64,000 nt of DNA from an uncultured Bordetella sp. GTDB lineage: Bacteria > Pseudomonadota > Gammaproteobacteria > Burkholderiales > SG8-39. The notes below the pieces were generated by a model, which worked only from the letters and a program-made list of their open reading frames with translations, was not told the origin of the DNA and did not search any database. The position numbers and the translations under genes were made by a program. Of this stretch, positions 59,082 through 64,000 are shown in pieces. Where the stretch lies: contig CAYLPI010000001.1 in assembly GCA_964385505.1 (NCBI GenBank), positions 19,902 through 83,901 of the forward strand, written 5' to 3'. The stretch's first letter is position 1, and every line of letters begins with the position of its first letter.

Positions 59082-59219
59082 CATCCTTTGCCCCTCTTCA
59101 TTCAACATCGTGCCGCCTCTTCGAGTCGGGAATAGCCCTTGTTTTTGCTTTGCTGATTCGCTGGCAATCGGCTGAAAAGCCGCGCCAGTCGGGCATTTCC
59201 AGCCATCCACCCATACGGC

Positions 59220-60977
59220 TTAGGTGGCCAGCGTCGCCGGCGCGAACAATTCCTCTATCGTCACCGGCCTTGCCTGCAAGCCATCCTCGCGCGACCAGCG
59301 CAACTGGGTGTCCAGCACGGCGCCGTTGGCGGCGAGGCCGTAGGGCCAGAAGTCATCGCCCATCAACGCGCGCGTGCGCCGCAGTTCGCCGGTGCCCCAG
59401 GGCAGCGTGACCTTGGGCGCCTGGACGATCTCGAGTTCGCTCACCGCCAATTGCTTGGCTTCGCAAAAGGCGTGATACAGCGCGAGGGGCAGGTCCGGAT
59501 GTTTTTCGACCAGCGATTTTTTCAGCGCCAGCGCATGCATGATGGGAAACACGCCCTTGCGCCCGAACCAGTCGCGCTCCGCCGCTTCCGGGTCGGCGAA
59601 CAGGCGCCGGATGCGCCCGTCGGCGGCGGCGGCCGGTTCGCGCAGCGAAATGATGGCGTCGAGTTCGCCCTCCAGCATGCGCGCCTCGAGGCTGGTGCCC
59701 GGCGGCAGTATGCGGAAATCCAGGCCCTCGGGAATCTCCGGTAGCGGAAAGCCCAGCGGCTTGGTGCGCTCGCGCTCGCCGACGCGCCAGTGAATCGAAC
59801 GGGTATCGACGCCGTATTCGTCGCGAAGAACGCCGCGCAGCACCACTGCGGCGGTCATGTCGTATTCCTGCAGGCCCACGCGCATGCCGGCGAGGTCGGA
59901 CGGCTGGGCGATGCCGCTGTCGCTGCGCACGAACAGTGCGCCATGGCGGAAGCTGCGCGAGGGGAAGACCGGGAGCAGCCAGTAGGGAAAGTCCCGCCCC
60001 GAAGGCAGCGATCGCGTAGTGATGGTGTTGCTGAGCGAAATCTCGGTCAGGTCGTAGGGCGCGGCACCGAAGGCGAGCGCAATCGATTCCTCGGGCCGCA
60101 ATATCGTGCAGTCGAGCTCGGCACCCTGCACGCCGACCCGCCCGTCGATGAGCGGCTGCGTCCTGTCGTAGCGCCAGAACGCCGTGGTGATCCGCGGCAC
60201 GCCCACGCGACGGCCGTTACGCTTTGAGCGCTTTGACGGTCTTGCGCGGCGCGGCAGCGTGAACAAGCCCTTGGGCAGCGTGTTGATGAAGGCCAGCGTC
60301 TCTTTGAGGCTGACCACGTCGGCGTACTTGGCGTGCATGTCGCAAAGATTGATGGCGTGCGAGACTTCGACGCGGTCGAAGCAGCCTTCGGCCACCACGG
60401 CGACGCGGTAGTTGTTGGAAAACGCGTCGATCACCGTGGCGCGCACGCAGCCGCTGGTCGATACGCCGACCACCAGCAGCGAATCCACCTTGAGGTCAAT
60501 GAGGAAGGAATTGAGCGGCGTGCCGTAAAACGCGCTCGGCTTGGTCTTGAGCACCACCACATCTTGCGGCGCGGGCGCGATCTCGGCGACGATTTCGTTG
60601 CTGAGGATGTCCTCTTCCACATCCTCGAGCTCTCGCGAGTTTTTCCAGCGCCAGCTGCCGGCGTCAAAGCCGTCCGGGCGACGCGTGTTGGTCGAATAAA
60701 ACACCGGCAGCTCGCGCGCATGGCAGGCGTCGATGAGCTTGCGGATGACCTTGACCGCCGCCCAGCCCTCCTCGCCACAGGAGTTGCGCCAGCGCTTGAT
60801 CGATTCGAGTATCGGCGCCGGTTCACCGCCGACAAAATTGGTGCTGACGTCGACGATCATGAGGGCCGGACGCTGACCAAAACCCATGTTAGCGCCGTAC
60901 CCCGAGGCATCAAGCACCTTGCGATCGCGCTCGGTGATGTACTGCATCCACACCGGTTCCTTTTCCGTATTACTCAT
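59220..60977 (-). CDS. fusion protein: isochorismatase-family hydrolase (N) plus 4,5-dihydroxyphthalate-decarboxylase-like / NMT1-fold domain (C)
   Basis: 585 aa. The N-terminal ~232 aa carry the cysteine-hydrolase triad context (LMIVDVSTNF, VVLKTKPSAF, VGVSTSGCVRATV). Basic linker LPRRARPSKRSKRNGRRVGVPR. C-terminal ~327 aa start ITTAFWRYDRTQPLIDGRV...YDLTEISLSN, as in PhtD-type proteins. GGAGAA lies upstream of the ATG. Confidence 0.8.
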   Translation of the reverse strand: MSNTEKEPVWMQYITERDRKVLDASGYGANMGFGQRPALMIVDVSTNFVGGEPAPILESIKRWRNSCGEEGWAAVKVIRKLIDACHARELPVFYSTNTRRPDGFDAGSWRWKNSRELEDVEEDILSNEIVAEIAPAPQDVVVLKTKPSAFYGTPLNSFLIDLKVDSLLVVGVSTSGCVRATVIDAFSNNYRVAVVAEGCFDRVEVSHAINLCDMHAKYADVVSLKETLAFINTLPKGLFTLPRRARPSKRSKRNGRRVGVPRITTAFWRYDRTQPLIDGRVGVQGAELDCTILRPEESIALAFGAAPYDLTEISLSNTITTRSLPSGRDFPYWLLPVFPSRSFRHGALFVRSDSGIAQPSDLAGMRVGLQEYDMTAAVVLRGVLRDEYGVDTRSIHWRVGERERTKPLGFPLPEIPEGLDFRILPPGTSLEARMLEGELDAIISLREPAAAADGRIRRLFADPEAAERDWFGRKGVFPIMHALALKKSLVEKHPDLPLALYHAFCEAKQLAVSELEIVQAPKVTLPWGTGELRRTRALMGDDFWPYGLAANGAVLDTQLRWSREDGLQARPVTIEELFAPATLAT

Positions 60978-61009
60978 GCATTTCTCCTACAAACGGGGAT
61001 CGTACGCGG

Positions 61010-61795
61010 CTAAAAACGCGTGGCAAGCGCCTTGGTTTCCTTGATACGGTGCGACACATGCCAGGGGCAGACGAGGCGCTCTGCGAGGTCCACTGCGTAA
61101 AAGAGGATCGTTCCGGCAACGCCCAAGAGCACGATGGAAGCGAAAACACGCACGGTCTGGAACATGCTTTGCGCGGTGATGATGACGTAGCCCAGGCCTT
61201 CCTGCGAAGCGACGAACTCACCCGCAATGGCGCCGACGAGCGCCAGCGAAATCGCCACTTTCATGCCTGCAAACATGTGCGGCAGCGCGCCGGGGAAGCG
61301 GATTTTCCACAAGGCCTGGATGCGCGATCCGCGCATGGTGCGTATCAGGTCAAGCGCGTCCGGATCGGCCGAACGAAGGCCGAGCACCGCATCGATCACC
61401 ACTGCGAAAAGCGCGATGAGGAAAGACACCGCCACCTTGGATGGCGTGCCGGTGCCAAGCCAGATGATAAAGAGCGGTGCGAGCGCGATCTTGGGGATGC
61501 TGTTGAGGGACACCAGGAGCGTATAAAGCGTGTTCTCCAGCCAGCGCGAGTAGACGATACCGATCGCCGCCGCCACGCCCAGCAACAGCGCCAGGCTGAA
61601 TCCCAGCATGGTTGTGTACAGGGTGTAGAGCGTATGCATGGCATACCACTTGGGCTCGCCCACAATTTCAAGGAGCACGGCCGATGGCGGCGGCAGGAAG
61701 TGCGCCGGCAGGCCAAGCAGCCGTACCAGCGCCTCCCAGACGACAAAAAACGCGAGGATGACCGCGGAAACGGAAAAGACGCGGTTGTTCATCAC
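61010..61795 (-). CDS. NitT/TauT-family ABC transporter permease
   Basis: 261 aa, six hydrophobic segments. 4-nt overlap with the ATPase gene. Confidence 0.88.
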   Translation of the reverse strand: MMNNRVFSVSAVILAFFVVWEALVRLLGLPAHFLPPPSAVLLEIVGEPKWYAMHTLYTLYTTMLGFSLALLLGVAAAIGIVYSRWLENTLYTLLVSLNSIPKIALAPLFIIWLGTGTPSKVAVSFLIALFAVVIDAVLGLRSADPDALDLIRTMRGSRIQALWKIRFPGALPHMFAGMKVAISLALVGAIAGEFVASQEGLGYVIITAQSMFQTVRVFASIVLLGVAGTILFYAVDLAERLVCPWHVSHRIKETKALATRF

Positions 61796-62643
61796 ACCGC
61801 TCCCGCCGGCACAGCGCGGCCCTGCCGCGCTGCATCCATCACGCCCATGGACAAGAATAGCCCGCGTATATGGCGCACCATCGTGCCAAATTCCGGCGTT
61901 TCACGTATATCAAGATCACGCGGGCGCGGTAGCGTCACGTCGACGATCTCAACGATGCGCCCCGGTGAGGGGGACATCACCACCACGCGATCGCCAAGGA
62001 ACACCGCCTCCTGTATCGAATGGGTGACAAAGAACACCGTCTTCATGTCCCCCATCCAGACACGCTGCAACTCGAGGTTCAGTTCGTCACGCGTCATGGC
62101 ATCGAGCGCACCGAAGGGCTCATCCATCAGTAAAAGACTGGGGTTCATCAGCAAGGCGCGGCAAATGGACACGCGCTGTCGCATACCCCCGGATAATTCC
62201 CAGGGATAGCGGTCCTCAACACCGGTCAGACCCAGCAGGGCGAGCAGCGCGCGCGCTTTTTGTTCCCAGCCGGCCGGTTCGAGCCGGTGCACCTCTATGG
62301 GTAGCATTACGTTTTCGAGGACGGTGCGCCAGTCAAGCAGCACATCGCGCTGGAACACCACCCCGAGGCCGTCTGGCGGACCGTCGTGGGGAAGCCCGCC
62401 GACAAGGATGCTGCCGCTCGTGACGTGATCGAGCCCGGCAAGACAGCGCAACAGCGTGCTCTTGCCGCAACCGCTTGGCCCGAGCACGCTGACAAACTCA
62501 CCCGAACCGATGCCAAGATCAATGCCCGAGAGGGCAACCACGTCACCGCGGCGCGAGCGGTAGGTCTTGCCAACGCCGCGAATATCGACAAAGGCCGATC
62601 CGGCAGAGGCGGAATGTTCGCCGGGTCGGCCCCCTTCCATCAT
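61792..62643 (-). CDS. NitT/TauT-family ABC transporter ATP-binding protein
   Basis: Walker A GPSGCGKSTLL, signature LSGGMRQRVSICRAL, Walker B LLLMDEPFGALD. Confidence 0.9.
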   Translation of the reverse strand: MMEGGRPGEHSASAGSAFVDIRGVGKTYRSRRGDVVALSGIDLGIGSGEFVSVLGPSGCGKSTLLRCLAGLDHVTSGSILVGGLPHDGPPDGLGVVFQRDVLLDWRTVLENVMLPIEVHRLEPAGWEQKARALLALLGLTGVEDRYPWELSGGMRQRVSICRALLMNPSLLLMDEPFGALDAMTRDELNLELQRVWMGDMKTVFFVTHSIQEAVFLGDRVVVMSPSPGRIVEIVDVTLPRPRDLDIRETPEFGTMVRHIRGLFLSMGVMDAARQGRAVPAGAV

Positions 62644-63641
62644 TGCGGCAGGAATTTATTGGTGTAGAAGTCGGCCGATTTCCAGCCCGGCTTGATGATG
62701 CTGACCTGCTCCATGGCTTTGAGCGCGTCCTGCCAGTCCGCCTCGGCCTGCCAGCCCAGCGGCCGGCCCTTGGTGGCGGGCGTGGCAAAGAGGGGCATGT
62801 AGGCCTTGAGCTGGCCCATCATCACCTTGCGGTCAAGGCGCAGGCCTGCGCGCTGCGCCATCATGGCGTCGATCGCCTCCTCTTCCTTGCCGCTGAAGAT
62901 GTAATCCCAAACACGCTTGTTGACCGCGACCACCTTGGCCAGCATGTCGGCGCGCTTGTCCACGGCGTCCTTCTTTACCACCAGCCCGTAGCCGGGGATG
63001 CGCAAGCCCACGTCGGCGAAGAGGATGCCGGTCGAAGGCCGTGTCTCCGAAACGATGGGACCGAAAAACGCAACCGTGGAGAGCGCCCCCTCGACCTGAC
63101 CCGAGGCGTAGGTGGCAACCATGGCCTGGCTGTCGACGTTGATCACCTGGATGTCATTGCGCGTCACGCCGCCGGCCTTGAAAAAGGCATCGACAAAGGG
63201 TGCGGTCGCCGCGCCGTTGGGCACGACGATCTTCTTGCCCACAAGGTCCTTCAGCGTCTTGTAATTGCCCGCGATGGGCACGATCAGGCCGTTGTCGCCG
63301 GCGCGCACAAATCCCATGATCGAGGTCACCGGCAGGCCGTTGGCCACCGCCGGCGCCATGGCGCCAAGCTGCGCGAAACCGACGTCAATCTGGCCCGCCG
63401 CCACCTGCTGGATCGTTGCACCAGAGCCCTTGCCATCGAGCACCTCGACGTTCAGTCCCGCTTCCTTGAACCAGCCTTTTTGCATCGCGAGGTGCAGCCC
63501 GGCATGCATGCCGTGCGGTGACCAGTCGGTCATGATGCTGATTTTCTCCTGCGCCAGTGCGGCACCGGAGGAGAACATTGCCACGGCCAAGGCACCGGGC
63601 AGCAGCCGCTTCAATACCGAAAACACCTGAGTACGCATCAT
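62640..63641 (-). CDS. NMT1/THI5-like ABC transporter substrate-binding protein
   Basis: Track ORF starts at GTG 63665. ATG 63641 is preferred because AGGAGA lies 5 nt upstream. Signal peptide MMRTQVFSVLKRLLPGALAVAMFSSGAALAQ. Confidence 0.85.
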   Translation of the reverse strand: MMRTQVFSVLKRLLPGALAVAMFSSGAALAQEKISIMTDWSPHGMHAGLHLAMQKGWFKEAGLNVEVLDGKGSGATIQQVAAGQIDVGFAQLGAMAPAVANGLPVTSIMGFVRAGDNGLIVPIAGNYKTLKDLVGKKIVVPNGAATAPFVDAFFKAGGVTRNDIQVINVDSQAMVATYASGQVEGALSTVAFFGPIVSETRPSTGILFADVGLRIPGYGLVVKKDAVDKRADMLAKVVAVNKRVWDYIFSGKEEEAIDAMMAQRAGLRLDRKVMMGQLKAYMPLFATPATKGRPLGWQAEADWQDALKAMEQVSIIKPGWKSADFYTNKFLPQ

Positions 63642-63878
63642 CTTTGTCTCCTGAAAGAACCCCACCCGGGCCGGCGGAATCGGTACCGCGGCCGCTTGAC
63701 AGCGTCACGACGGGTATCGATACTGAAAACGCCGACGCAACTAACCAGGCAGTACAATAGCGGCAATTTCCCGCCGGTGCAATCGGCGGTGGCGGCGGGG
63801 GCCTGAAACAGACTTGCCGCAGCGCAGATTTCCGATTCGTTTTACGATATCCACGACATTCCTGCCACGAGGCCGCCC

Positions 63879-64000
63879 ATGAGCGCAATTCCCAAGCCCG
63901 TCCCGCAACGTCCCATGGACGCCTTCTGGATGCCCTTCACCGCCAATCGCCAGTTCAAGGCCAAGCCGCGCATGCTGGCGCGCGCCGAGGGGATGCACTA
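63879..64000 (+). CDS. class-III aminotransferase, omega-amino-acid:pyruvate type (N-terminal fragment, continues beyond window)
   Basis: Own translation MSAIPKPVPQRPMDAFWMPFTANRQFKAKPRMLARAEGMH. The FWMPFTANRQFK segment is characteristic of beta-alanine/omega-amino-acid pyruvate transaminases. Confidence 0.7.
   Translation, partial: MSAIPKPVPQRPMDAFWMPFTANRQFKAKPRMLARAEGMH

Noticed and set aside
47017-64000. A mobile genomic island (integrative element or transposon)
   Set aside because: No integrase, transposase, tRNA attachment site or terminal inverted/direct repeats were found in the window. Only gene remnants hint at past rearrangement.
57120-64000. A taurine pathway (Xsc TPP enzyme, TauABC, taurine:pyruvate aminotransferase)
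   Set aside because: The component classes superficially match. However, the TPP enzyme N-terminus and internal motifs do not resemble Xsc as I recall it, and the binding protein looks NMT1/THI5-like, not TauA-like. There is too little support to call it.

Overview
GC-rich proteobacterial chromosome segment. Gene order and three Bug/TctC-family receptors suggest a betaproteobacterium, probably Burkholderiales (inference). It covers the replication-origin neighbourhood. From the left: trkA (partial), then ntrX, ntrY, a DUF4390 gene, rsmB, fmt and def on the minus strand. A LysM gene, dprA, smg and topB follow on the plus strand. Next come gyrB, dnaN and dnaA (minus) facing rpmH, rnpA, yidD, yidC and mnmE (plus). 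An AbrB-like membrane protein, GTP-type pckG and a class-III aminotransferase follow. Two parS sites sit directly upstream of mnmG-rsmG-parA-parB. After that come nadC, a LOG-family gene and a Bug receptor, then nadD (interrupted by an in-frame stop), proA, holA, lptE and leuS (minus). A divergent FecR/SPOR gene, uvrD, a small ORF, a yqaA-like gene and ilvA complete the core part. From about 46.9 kb onward the content is accessory. A truncated histidine-phosphatase gene abuts a GGT-family gene and a LysR regulator. These face a tightly coupled operon: lone molybdopterin hydroxylase large subunit, Bug receptor, LigB-LigA fused extradiol dioxygenase, RidA, FAD monooxygenase. Then come another Bug receptor, a TPP enzyme and an amidohydrolase-2 gene remnant. 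A NitT/TauT ABC importer operon ends in an isochorismatase::PhtD-like fusion gene, and the start of a second class-III aminotransferase reaches the window edge. I found no rRNA, tRNA, CRISPR, transposase or integrase. The best candidate for an uncharacterised system is the right-hand catabolic island; its substrate cannot be assigned from sequence alone. Other points worth a second look: the stop-interrupted, motif-degenerate nadD; a small REP-like hairpin family; short tandem repeats in regulatory spacers; and the lack of a clear DnaA-box cluster. Many long ORFs in the supplied track are antisense shadows of real genes, as is typical of high-GC DNA, and were not called.
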